Origin: Squalus acanthias
Taxonomy: Eukaryota
Direction: 5' to 3'
Assembly (NCBI GenBank): GCA_030390025.1
Contig: CM059431.1
Span: 157,730,001 to 157,794,000 of the forward strand
Length of the DNA: 64,000 nucleotides
Under the pieces are notes generated by a model. That model saw nothing but the letters and a program-made list of their open reading frames with translations. It was not told where the DNA came from and did no database searches. Positions 27,234 to 39,590 of the stretch are shown in pieces. The translations under genes were made by a program, and so were the position numbers. How positions within the stretch are numbered: position 1 is the stretch's first letter; the number at the start of each line of letters is the position of its first letter.

Positions 27234-27375
27234 GTAAGTACGAGACTGTGTGAGATTGTGTTTATAATAACTGGATGTCTGACTCTGTACATTATTATTA
27301 GTATTAGTAATAGTGTTATTAATAATCTCTGGGGATTAACACTAATTACTGTTATTTCTCATCTCCGATCCCCAG

Positions 27376-27543
27376 GCTATGGGGTGTCGGTCTCACAGAT
27401 TCTTGTGCCGAGGATCTCGCCTCCGCTCTCAGTACAAACCGGTCACTGACGGTTCTGAACCTGGGATCAAACTCCTTCACAGACCGATCTGTCCCCGCTC
27501 TCTGCCGCCTCATACTGAACTGCAGGAGTCTGGAGCGTGTCGC
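27376..27543 (+). CDS. NLR gene LRR exon (168 bp)
   Basis: ccccag|G ... GTCGC|gtgagt; LWGVGLTDSCAEDLASALSTNRSLTVLNLGSNSFTDRSVPALCRLILNCRSLERV; phase 2 to 2. Confidence 0.93.
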
Positions 27544-27716
27544 GTGAGTGCTTGTGAAAATGTTTAATGTAATAAACAAAATATAAATGGGATTCAGTCA
27601 CTTTTATCGGTAATATTTGTCTGGAATTATTGTTTCGAATATTAATCCCAGTCTTCCTGTTATTTAAACTGTTGTTCAATCTGTTTATTTCCTGTTTCAT
27701 CTTTATTTTTTTTCAG

Positions 27717-27813
27717 GCTGAGGGAGAATCAGTTCAGTTCTACTGGAACGAGACACCTGGAGGCATTGCGGGAATCCAGACTCGGACTGACAGTGGAAGT
27801 GTCAACATTTTAA
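27717..27813 (+). CDS. NLR gene terminal coding exon (last LRR + C-cap, TAA stop)
   Basis: Polypyrimidine tract ttttttttcag|G; LRENQFSSTGTRHLEALRESRLGLTVEVSTF*; stop at 27811-27813. Confidence 0.88.
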
Positions 27814-29297
27814 TTTATAAACATTACTGCTGTCATTGTGTGACCATTTTCGGCCGATTCTCTGCCCCTCCCCTTTCAGCGGCCCTTTCAGGGTTTCCAG
27901 CTCGAGCTGAGCGAGCGTCATCTCCAATTGTGACGTCAGAGGCCAAGCCACAGGGTCACGAGACTCAGCCGCCCGGCCCCTAGCGCTGCTTCTGCAGGAT
28001 ATACGGGGCTCCAAGTTCCCCAATGGGGCAGTGGGGAAATGCACGGATAGGAATGGCCCAGGGTGGGGCTCCGTCTGTGCTGCAGTGGGACACTGACAAT
28101 TGCACTCAGTATTCCTGGGATTGGGGTTAACAATTCCCAGGGTTCCCGCTCAGTGCCAGCGCTCAGTTGCCCTGCAGGGAATTGAACCTGTGTGGGTTAA
28201 GGATGGGAACAGTGTCTTTTTAGCTCGGATGGGTCCGACCATCCAATAGCGATCAGTACCCAGTGGCTGAAGTCACCCAGAAAGTTTATCCTGTTGGGGA
28301 GATTCCTGTGGCCGGTGCACCCGTGGAATTGGACTGAAATTATCAATGTTTTTCTGCCTCCCCAAAATAAGGAAACAATTGCTGAAACAATGTCATTTGT
28401 GCAGAATCTCTTCCATTGCTATTCCTGTTAATTGCACACTGAAGGTGAATTTCTAAACAGCTGGAATTACACATAGGTACTGGAGAGTGTCAAATTAGGA
28501 AGTTGAAGTGGCAAATTTACCCACCCATCAAAGAGTAACAAGTTGTGAATGTTCAGTGAGCCAGTGGGATCTACAATGCAGTAAATGGACAGGGCCCATG
28601 TAAATGCCCACAATCTGAACCACTCTGGGCCTAAAAACAGACAGTGATCTAAATACAGAGCAAGATCATCAAAAGTTGAACGGAGAGAAAATAAGTTGAT
28701 GTTGCGTTTCATGTTACTTGTGAAGTAACTATTTTGTATTGAAACGATTTTACAGATACTGATGGACCTGCTGTATATTATAATTTACTCTGCTTTATTT
28801 TACATTTCCCCAACAGGTGCAGTTTGTTTCGTTCTCTCCGCACGCAGGTATAATAAATAGCGAAGTTTAACTGTATTCATCAGACGTCAAAGTTCAAGTG
28901 ATGTGAACCAATAATCCATTGGAATCGGCAATGACCTGATTCGATGAGCAAACACATACACGATAATGGCGCGGTGTTAGATATTACCTGGGGCACAGAC
29001 TGATAGATTGAGGGGCCGAGGGACCTGACTGTATGGTTTAATGTAAATATCACAAGTCAGAAATGTTAAATTAATCATCATACAGTAATTATGGAATTAA
29101 ACATATATAGTGGGAGGAACAGGTAATCGGAGGAGGAAAAACACTTGCATCTTATAACACAATTCACGTACTTTTGAGGTATTGTCATTTTTGCAATGTA
29201 GGTAAATCCAGCAACAAATTAGCGCTCATAGCCCACACATTGCAATGATATAAATATAAATGTCTATTCAATGGAGTAGATTTCAACTGTCAGGGTA

Positions 29298-29720
29298 GGG
29301 TATTGTGGTGGTTATATTACTGGACTGGTAATCCAGAGGCCGGTCTCATAACCTAGAGAACATGAGTTCAGATGGCAGTTTGAGAATTTAAAATCAGTTT
29401 AAAAAAAACTGCAATTTAAAAAAAAATGTCAGTGTCAATTAATTTCTCCGAGTTTCATTTAGAACGCAGTTCACTAATGTTTTTTGGAAAGAAAACCTGC
29501 CGCCCCTACATGCTCTTGCCTGAATATGACCCCAGTCCCTCACCAATGTGGTTGACTGTTCTATTACCTGTCTCTGAAGTGCCCCAGTGAACCACTCAAT
29601 TGTAGCAAACAGCTAGATCAACGTTTCAGGAAGACTGCCCACCAGCACCTTCTCAGGGCAATTGGAGTGGGTATTTAATGGGGCCATACCAGGGACACCC
29701 ACAGCTCGAGAATGGATGGG
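29298..29720 (+). mobile_element. SacSINE1/DeuSINE-like SINE
   Basis: tRNA-like head (gttatattactggactggtaatccagagg...gagttca), Deu-like core gttcactaatg...accaatgtggttgact, tail caccttctcagggcaatt shared with a LINE. Confidence 0.75.
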
Positions 29721-32700
29721 AATGACTTAACAATCTGAAGTAAAACTGGTGTTTTGGATCATTGAAATGGAAATTGAACGTTTTCTTTGAAGCGCTCGAT
29801 TTCTGACGCCAGTTTCACATTCGAGCAGCAAGTTGAGGTTTAAATGTCCTCGCGGACACCGGGGAGCTCCCTATGCCTTGTATCAGCGCTGTTGGATCTG
29901 ATAGGTTCACTTGAACATTCAAAGGAGGCCCTGGATTAAAATCTCATCGATGAAAATAACAGTCAATGAGAAAGAAAACCAGGCCGAGTGCACAATAACC
30001 CGCCAATACGGTGAAAGCAACAGTCAATGGGAAAGAGAATCGGGCCGAGCGCACAATGCGCCGCCGATTCGCTATCGCCCGTTTTGCTCTAACGCCCAAG
30101 GTGTATTTCTCCTCCAATCTATTGCGCAGTCTGGCGATCTAATGCTGTTAATTCATCAGATCCTCAAATAGTCAATCCGAAATTAATCTACCCAACCTGC
30201 AGTCATCTCACACACTGATGTCAACTAGAATTTGATAATCAGCGACCCAGCTAATGCAGAATTACGGAGATGCACGGAGCTGATAATAAAATATATCTTA
30301 TTCATTGTGTTAATTGTCTGCCTATTAATTGTGTGTTATTAAAACTGCTAGGCGACCCATCTACATCTTTTTTATTCACTAATTATTGGTATACTCAATG
30401 CTTAATTTATGATGGTTATGATTTTGATGTCAATAAACGATTATCAGTTGACGATTTACTGTCTGCCTTCTTTGAAAAATTGGAAAGAAAGCGTTAATTA
30501 ATTCACTCAGCTTCTTGTGGGGATCCTGTTGAAGGTCGGTGAGGTGAACTCATATTCAATCGGAACTGGGAAATAAAGACAGTTCAGCGAGCAATATTAG
30601 GCATCATTCACTTCTAGACATAGGCTGGGAGGTAAAACCCAGACGGTTCCTCAGTGAGGAGGTAAGATAAAAGGGTTAAAGGTTAATCTGCTCCCTTGTC
30701 ATGTATCTCTTGAGACAATGAATACCAGCGTCTAACAGGGGCTTCTAACACACAGTTCAGAAGTGATTGTGCTGACACTGAGCCACAGCTAATACTGGTA
30801 TGGAATTAAATCTCAAGCCATCTGTATGAATAAGCCGTTCTAAAGATGTCAAGTCATGAATAAGATTGTGGGGACAATGTACATTAGCAGTTCAGTGACA
30901 GTATGCGATCTCGGGGAAGATCCCAGTTTCAGTGCTCGGAACTAAACCAGTGCATAGTGACAGTAATGACAGGTTAGGAAAAGCGGAACTGCAGGTGTAC
31001 AGGTAAAAACACAGTGGTCAGTCCGCCCAGTGACGAGGGGTCACAGCTGGACATCTCGAATTAGCCAGTCCGCCATCGGCATCAGCATCGTGTTGGAGCA
31101 ATTGCTAAAAATGGTTTCTCGTTGGTTATCTGCCAAAAATGGAAACCGAAAGAATTAGTGTGTGGCTGGTTCTATGCTGAGATGCACTCTCCCACACCCC
31201 TATTATGCTCCTTATTTAAAGGAAAAGAGGGACCTTGGAGTGCATGTCCACAGATCCCGGAAGGGAGCAGGACAGGTAGATAAGGTGGTTAAGAAGGCAT
31301 AAGGGATACTATCCTAACTGAGCACTTTGAGCCGCACTGATGCCACGATAGAAACAGCCTGTAATTTCTAGAAAGCCGAAATGGGGAAGGAGAAAAATCT
31401 GGCTATTACTATTTCTCTCTGTGTCGGCTGCCATCTCTCCTGTCACCTCTCTCCTCAATCGCTCTGCCTACTTCTCCCTCTCTATCTATTTCACTCTTTT
31501 GGATTTTTTTGCTCCCTTTTCCCGATCTACCAGCTCTCTCAGTGACACTGATATTCTATCCGTCTGTCCCTCTCTAACTTTCCTCCATTCTCTCTATCAT
31601 CTTTCCTGACAGGCTCCCTCCCTCTCTAATGCCACCATACAAAGCCACAGTCCCTGGGGAAGGCAATGTTAGGTCGGTGAGGGAATACTACTCAAAATAG
31701 ACAAAAACAGATCTTTTGAAAAAAACAGCACCCAGCAGCAATCGCAGCCGTCTAGATCAGGGTGTAACTGCCCTCCATTCTGGTTTGTAACGATTCACAT
31801 TAAGGTCACAGATGAGTTACGAACAAGGCACTGTAGTGTGTTTTGTACCACATGATAATGTCAGAGCCCTGGAGAGTTTGGAGGGAACTTGATGAATCGT
31901 CTGTGAAAAATGGTGCTGTGGCAGGAGGTTAAGTTGACCAGTGGAAATACGTCCCACTCTTACAGCTGTGCGAGGCAGAGGAAACAGACAGAAGGGCGGA
32001 TATAGAATTACAGACTTTCCAATCTGATGTCCATTCCATTATAACCACATACCGCGACGGCTGCTGCAGACCAGGGGATCACAGGATGGTGAAAATAACA
32101 ACCATCGCAAAGAAATGAAGAGAAACCTGATCAGTGAACTCCCGGTAAGCTAGGGGAGTGAGTAGGAGCTAGAAATCTAAATAGAGAAATACTACTGATT
32201 AAAAAGGATTAGATTCCTGAAATTACTCTTCATAGAGTTAAAAATATAGGGCTAAGGGCACAGGAGTAAAACTATGAGTTAGGCCTCGATGGTTGTGACT
32301 GCTCCCGTGAGACGGGGCACTGGATCCCAGCAGCAGATCGGGCTGTAGATCCCACAGACCATGTAGGGAGTGCAAGGTACTGAAGGATACTTTCCCGGCT
32401 CTTTAAAGAGTGAAAACATTCTCGACAAATCATTATGCACAAAGGGTTATTCCCAGATATTCAGGACATAGGTGCACAGCTCCTGGATTCTGAATGGGGC
32501 CTTGAGGTCCAGTGTCGATTGATGAAATTCAGTGACAGGATCAATTGGTCTCAGACTCTCGTCGCCGAATTCAATGATCTCCGCCCACTCTGAGCAAAGC
32601 CGAGCCGCTCCCCGCCAACGTAAAAGAGGATCTGCAGTGGAAAAAACACCACTTTGCATTTCTCCGATACCAAGACAAACATGGGATAGCACCGTTTACA

Positions 32701-33611
32701 ACCTTCTCAATCAATTTTGATTCGGAAATGATTAGTCCGCCCTTACATGTTTTCTTAACAATGCTAATAGTAATTTTAGGAAAAAAAGCACTGAGAAAAT
32801 ATCTGTCACTTGCAATAAAAAAAGTTCATGAATATTTGTGGAGAAAATGTGACAAACTACTCGCTGAAAAGTCGCTGACTGCAAAGCTGTTTGAATTGAT
32901 TTGATGGAGATAACAGAGGACAATAATCTCGTTCATCCAGTGAGGTGTCTGTGTGATGAATGAAGCTTTTTAGAACAAAGAACCCAGCACACAGACGGTT
33001 AGACGCATTGAGGCTGATTTATTAATAGCAGATCTACATTGTGCAGGTTTAGGTGGAGGAGACGTTTTTTCGTCGACCGAGTTTCATTTGAATTACTTGG
33101 GAAGTTGAATAAGAAAGTTAAATAAAGTGAACATCTGTCAGATTTCAGAGACCAATTCTGTCCTTTCAACTCAAAAATGAACAACATAACAACCAATATA
33201 ATGCATCCATAAACAAGGAAAATAGTTGTTGCTATTACCTCTATAAATGATATATTTTAATCCTGAAAATTAACATTGAATATATGGCTGGGAATCTCTT
33301 TCTGACGTTCAGCCACATTACTTGTAGGAGGTATAAAACATAGTTAGTCCTTAAGTGAGCATCAAAACAGGAAGTTGTAAACATAGGGACTAATAAATTG
33401 TGAGTTTGATGAAAAAAACCAAATGCTGATCTTTGAAATAAGTCCAAGTATCAGTTTAATTAGAAGGTTTTAAACGGCTTCGGGTTTCCCAATATTTAGT
33501 TGGAGGAAATTTCTGTTCATCCAGTACTGGATGTCGGACAAGCTGTCTGACAATTTAGAGACCGTGCTTATTTGGTACAAATAATTAATCATACAAGGAC
33601 AGCATTTCTAT

Positions 33612-34090
33612 TGTAGCTCTTTTGGTGGAAACAATAAACAGATAAATTGTAACTTAAAAAAAATAAAGGAAACTTAACAACTGAAATTAAAATGTTGTTG
33701 CTGGGGGTGATGATGCACTCCAGTCCCTCCGGTGTCCACCGGTCGCGGGAGGCCTCGAGCGTGTCGGCGGACACCGCGTGCTCCATCTCCAGGGCCAGCC
33801 GGGCGAGAATGTGGCCGCGGAAGAGAGGCAGGCAGTCTGGCCGAACGACCCCCTCGACCGCCCGCTGCCTGGACCAGTTAATAGCCACTTTGGTCAGGCC
33901 CAGGAGCAGTCCTTTAGGGAGATTCCCCGACCTGCCCGCTCTCCTCCGCACCGGGTGACCAAAAATCAGGAGCGTGGGACTGAAGTGCAGTAAAAAATCG
34001 AGGAGCAGCCCTTTCAAATAATGGAAGAGGCACTGCAAAATCTCACACTCCACAAAAACATGGAACACGGACTCCTCCAGCCAGCATTTC
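33612..34090 (-). mobile_element. L1/Tx1-clade LINE 3' fragment (ORF2 C-terminus)
   Basis: EESVFHVFVEC (zinc-knuckle tail)...LLLDFLLHFSPTLLIFG...LLLGLTKVAINWSR..RLALE, typical of the Tx1 ORF2 end. Confidence 0.8.
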
Positions 34091-34356
34091 GATTGTACTG
34101 AGAATAGTGTGAAAAACTAATTGAAAAGCACCTCGTTAAAAAAACAAATTCACAATCTTCTGCTGTATTTACAATCATTTTGGCCCAGATAGTTCCTCCA
34201 CTCACCATGAACACAAGTATTACAGTTCTGCTGAGTCACTTTACAGTGAAATTAAAGCTAACAACTTTCCTAGATCAAGTTATTGTGCAAGCGCTGACTA
34301 ACTCTCACTAACTCCGAATGCAAAGCACACAGTTTATGCGCTCAATGCTAATCGCA

Positions 34357-34471
34357 TCACTGGAGCGCTCCTTCAGTCTGGAACCAGACGAACACGGCCA
34401 GCCCGGGACTGGATTCAGGCAGCGATCTCAGATCTTTCTTTGCATCTCCGCTGAATGGATTCCAACTCAAC
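34357..34471 (-). pseudogene. Orphan NLR terminal-exon paralog (last LRR + C-cap)
   Basis: tttatcaag|G TTG AGT TGG AAT...; LSWNPFSGDAKKDLRSLPESSPGLAVFVWFQTEGALQ*; same phase-2 start and pattern as 27717-27813. Confidence 0.6.
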
Positions 34472-34792
34472 CTTGATAAACTCTTGCTAAATAAACACAA
34501 TGTAAACGGTCGGAAAGCATTTCAAATCCCAGAATACTGCAATTTCACTTGAATAATTCATCACCGAGGCAGTCTGCAGCGATAGAACTGGAATCATCCG
34601 TTATTATACAGTCAATAGCGTCTCGTCTCGAAGTCCAGTTAAATTCTTTCTAAATGAGTTCATAACTGGGCCTGAATCTACAACAGGTCATCCGTGTACT
34701 TGGGACTCCAGGCGGTGCAAGCTCGGTTGCTACCGGTCTCTCACACGAATCACCTCCCTCGGGTGGGGAGCGGATTCTTCCACTATTCTGAT

Positions 34793-35502
34793 ACAAAAGC
34801 AAAACACTGCGGATGCTGGAAATCTGAAATATAAACATAAAATGCTGGAAACACTCAGCAGGTCAGGCAGCATCTGTAGAAAGAGAAGCAGTATTAACGT
34901 TTCAGGTCGATGAAACTTTTTCCGAACAGGAAAAAGTTAGAGATATAACAGATTTTTAATAAAGTGTAGGGGGAGGGAAAGGGAGGAGGGGAGGAAAGAA
35001 CAAAAGGGAAGGTCTGTGATAGGATGGAAGGCAGGAGAGATTAAAAAAAACAAATGGGATGATGTTACAAGGCAAGATGAGATGTAATGGGACAGGTTAA
35101 GAAACGGAAGATGAATTTAGATGAGGTGTCAATGGCAATGGCAGAATCACAAACAGCGACCTTGTGAGAGAAAGAAAATAGGGGCCGAGGTTATGATCTG
35201 AAATTGTTGAACTCGATGTTGAGTCCAGAAGGCTGTAAAGCGCCTAATCGAAAGATGAGGTGCTGTTCCTCGAGCTTACGCTGAGCTTTGTTGGAACAGT
35301 GTAAGAGGCCGAGGACGGAGAGATCAGAGTGGGAGTGGAGCGGAGAATTAAAGTAATAGGCGACCGGAAACTTGCGGTCACACTTACAGACTGAACGGAG
35401 GTGTTGCACAAAGCAGTCACTCAATCTGCGTTTGGCCTCCCCAGTGTAGAGGAGACCGCATCCTGAGCAGCGAATACAGTACACTAAATTGCAAAAGTAC
35501 AA
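34793..35502 (-). mobile_element. Penelope-like element 3' fragment (GIY-YIG endonuclease + pLTR)
   Basis: NLVYCIRCSGCGLLYTGEAKRRLSDCFVQHLRSV...RKLEEQHLIFRLGALQPSGLNIEF*, followed by the same terminal repeat seen in the palindromic mini-elements, with a decayed hammerhead-like motif (~34890-34930). Confidence 0.9.
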
Positions 35503-35529
35503 CCTCGAGTGGGAGAGGGCCCGGCTGCT

Positions 35530-38500
35530 GGGTGACATTGGCCTTGGCTGCTCTGTGATTGGCTCCTGGCTCATTTGTGATGTCACCTGGAGACAGGTTT
35601 TCAGCCCTGGTTAAACAGCATCAGTGGGATATTATTGTGGGCGGAGCTGGAGCTGGCAACGTACATTGTGAGTGAGTTCAGTTCTCAAAAAGTACTTCTA
35701 GCAAATGTAACTAATTGTAAATAGGTTCAAATTAAAATTATTCATACTCGCAAAATTATTCCCATTCCTTTCGACTAACAGATTCTGGAATTAATATGAT
35801 TCCTTTTATATTAAAAGATTCTTGGAGTGAGCATTATCTCAGGAAGGTGGCGAAAGCAGAATCGAATCAGCACCACACTAACTGGGACTGGAGAAAGGCA
35901 TCTGGTTTCACAGAGCAGATCTGGTGGGACCAACACACCCATTGGACAGGACGGGATAAAACAGTGAGTTTCAGCAATGATTGGAAAGGCTGAGAATCCC
36001 ATCAGTACAGGATTTTTTCAAGTGAGAGTCTAACAAGCTATTGTTTGCCGTTTAATTTCTCGCAAAAGGCACGGCCTTTGATGCGATTATTTGACTGGGG
36101 ATTTACTGGGATGTAAAGCTATTCCATACCTCACCTGGGAGTGCGTGATGCTTACATGTACAGTGATTTCTGTCCTGTATGCATACCATGCTGTACGCGA
36201 GATGGTGTGCTTCATTGGGTAGTGTAAGTGGAGCTGTACGCTTCATTGGCCACATGCTGTATCTGAGTTCACTGTGCTTGCTGAACGATAATAAAGTGAG
36301 ATTTACACTGTATGTAACGCCTGTCTACCTGCCCTCGGAGGATTTGACGGGCCAGTGTTGAGGGAGTTTTACTCTGTTTCTAACCCGTGATGTACCTGCC
36401 CTGGGGTGTATGATGGGACTTTGTAGAGGGCCCTTACTCTGTAATTAACTATTTCGGTGTCTAACCTGGGTATGTTTGATGGGATCGTGTGGAGGGAGCT
36501 TCACACAGTATCTACCCCGTGCTGAAGCTGATCTGATATTGTCTGATGGGCAGTTTAAATATGCTTAACACTGTATCTAACCCATGCTTCACTTGACCTG
36601 GGATAGTTTGATGGGACAATGTAGAAGAAGCTCTAAGTATTATTGCCCATGTTTTCCAGTCCAATTATGGCTCCAATTGCCCCACCCATTAATAGCCCTA
36701 GTGATCCCTTCAATGTGGCTCTGCCGCCCCTTCCTGTTACAGGGAATAGACTGGTTTTAGAACACCGAGGTGTTTGTTACATCATCATCCAAGCACCATT
36801 ACCACGAACTGCCTTTCACTGCCAAGGCAGGAGGAGACAAACTGCCTGATATTATGTGAGGGAAGCTTTAGGTTGTATAAACAAAAAGGTGGAGATTTGG
36901 GCCATGGAACAGTGAGTCCTCATATTTGGAGGCTGGGAGGGAGATTTCGTAAGGGGCAATTTTGCGTGGTTGTTCTCCATGCCTATTATTTTTCCGTTCA
37001 TGGGATGTGGGCGTCGCTGGCAAGGTCGGCATTATTGCCCATCCCTAATGGACCCTGAGAAGGTGTTGGTGAACCGCTGCAGTCCTTGTGGTGAAGGTGC
37101 TCTGTGGTACAGGAGAACGGGGTCGGAGACAGGACTGAATATACAACATGTGTTCATCCCCAGTGAGACTGCGCACCAGGAGCAGAGCATGGTCATGTGA
37201 CCCTGTGAAACCTCATTGTTACTGGCTGATGTGTGATTGGCTCCTGGCACCATTGTTATATCACCTGGAGATAGGTTACCACCCCTGGTTACGCCCCATC
37301 AGTGGTGAGTTACTGTGGGCGGAGCTGGAGTTGGCAGCAGACATTGTGAGTGAGTAAAGCCCCTATAAATAGGCGTAAGGAAGTATAAGAACAATTTAAT
37401 ATTAAAATGAGTAATTCAACCAAATGACATTAATGATAAATATATTCAAATTAAATATATTGATAGTCGCATTATTAGTCCCATTGTTTTATGAGTCACA
37501 GATTCCAGAATTAACGAGGCGTTTTGATATTAAAAGTTTCTCGGAGTGACTATTATCTCAGGAAGGTGGAGAGAGCAATGTCGAATCAGCAACACACTAA
37601 CTGCGACTCGAGAAAGGTCGCTGGTTTCACAGAGTAGATCTGATGGGACCAACACTCTCATTGAACAAGACAGGATTAATCAGGAAGCATCATGAATGAT
37701 TGAAAAGGCGAGGTGCTCCACTGAGAATCAATCCCATCAGTACAGGATTTTTTCCAAGGTGAGAGTCTAACACGCTGTTGGATGCCTTTTAATTTCTGGC
37801 AAAAGGCTCGGCATTTGATTCGGCAATTTCACTGGAGATTCACTGGTATGCAAAGCTCGCCCATACCTGAGCTGGGAGTGCGTGATACTTACATGTACAG
37901 AGATTTCTGTCCTGTATTCATAACATGCTGTTCATGAGATGGTGCGCCTCATTGCGTAGAGTCAGAGGAGCTGTACGGTGCATTGGCCAGATGCTGTATC
38001 TGAGGTTACTGTGCATAATGAACGATAATACGGTGAGCTTTATTAGTGAGAGTATCTGACCTCTGTTTGCCTGCCCTGGGAGTGTTTGATGGGACAGTTT
38101 AGAGGGAGATTTACTCTATAGATAACCCGTGCTGTACCAGCCCTGGGAGTGTTTGATGGGACAGTGTAGAGGGAGCTTTACTCTATATATAACCCGTGCT
38201 GTATCTGCCCTGGGACTGTTTGATGGGACAGTATAGAAAGAGCTTTACTCTGTATCTAACCCGTGCTGTACCAGCCCTGGGAGTGTTTGATTGGACTGTG
38301 TAGAGGAGCTTTACATTATATCTAACCCGTGCTGTACCTGCCCTGGGAGTTTTTGATGGGGCAGTGTAGAATGAGCTTTACTCTGTATCTAGCCCGTCCT
38401 GTACCTGCCATTGGACTGCTTGAGGGGAGACTGTAGTTGGTGCTTTTCTCAGTATCTAACCCATGCTGTACCCGCCCATGGATGTTCTGATTGCACGGTG

Positions 38501-39590
38501 TATATGGTGCTTTACTCTGTATCTAACCCATGCCGTACTTGTGAGTGTTTGATGCTACAGTGTTGATTGAATGTTGCCCTATAACTTACCCGTGCTGTTC
38601 CTAACCAGATGATTCAACCACTTGATACCACTGATGATCCCTCCACTTATTGCCACTGATGCTCCTTCTTGTTAAAGCAAATAAACTATTTTTAGTAGCG
38701 AGAGGTGGTTGTAATATCCCTGCCTCATCTCAGCACTGTTAATCCTCAGAGTGCCTGTCACTGCCAAAGCTGGAGGGAGAAACTTTGCCTGATATATAGA
38801 GAAGGGGTACTTTAGAATTAATAAACAAGTGGTGGACATGGGGTCCATTAAATAGTGGGTCCTCGCATTTGGATGATGCGAGGGGAAATGCGTAAGGGGT
38901 AATTTAGCGAGCCTGTGCTCCCTCTCTCGAGTCTCAGTCAATGGGGGCGGGGTCGGAGACAGGACTGATTGTACAAACTGCGCTCATGCTCAGTGAGACT
39001 GCGCATCAGGAGCAGAGCACGGTCATGTTACCCAGGAACACATCGAAGGGACGGAGCTCCGGTTGCTTTGTGACATTGAGTGAGTACAGTCCCTATATAT
39101 AGGGGCAAGGAAAGAAAAGAACAATTTAATATTAAAGTAAGTAATTCAAACAAATTGTAAATATTTTCATATTATATATATTAATCGTCACAAAAATAGT
39201 CCTATTGTTTTCCTGTAACATATTCTTTAATAAAGATAAATCATGGTTATATAAAAAAATTATTGTAAAAACATTATTTGCGTAAGCATTATCCCAGGAA
39301 GGTGGAGAGAGAGAAGTCGAATCTTCACTACACTAATTGGGACTGGAGAAAGATCGCTAAGTTCATAGAGAAGATCTGTTGTGACCAAGACCCCCAGTGT
39401 CGAAGTCCGGAAATGCGAAGCTTCAATAATGATTGGAAATTTGAGGAGGTTTACTGAGAACCTCTGCAGTCAATGATTTTGCCGAGGTGAGAGTCCAACA
39501 AGCTATTGGGAGAAGTTTAGCATCTGGCATAAAACTCGGCCTTTGATGCGGCAAATTGACTGCAGATTCACTGGTAGCTAATATCTCGAG
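35530..39590 (+). repeat. Three diverged tandem copies of a promoter/5'-exon-like cassette (~35530-36300, ~37117-38050, ~38944-39590)
   Basis: Shared blocks: gtgattggctcctggc, gtgggcggagctggag, acattg(tg)agtgagt, attatctcaggaaggtgg, cacactaactgggactggagaaagg, gtgagagtctaaca. Confidence 0.85.
38060..38600. repeat. 67-bp minisatellite (more degenerate array at ~36300-36640)
   Basis: Unit ctgtatctaacccgtgctgtacctgccctgggagtgtttgatgggacagtgtagagggagctttact; period 67 (38073 to 38140). Confidence 0.92.

Noticed and set aside
27630..27983. 117-aa ORF over the last NLR exon
   Set aside because: Wrong frame; the phase-compatible frame gives an LRR cap ending at 27813.
31040..31130. Possible minus-strand exon DNQRETIFSNCSNTMLMPMADWLIRDVQL
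   Set aside because: Short, ends in a stop, and has no recognisable homology.
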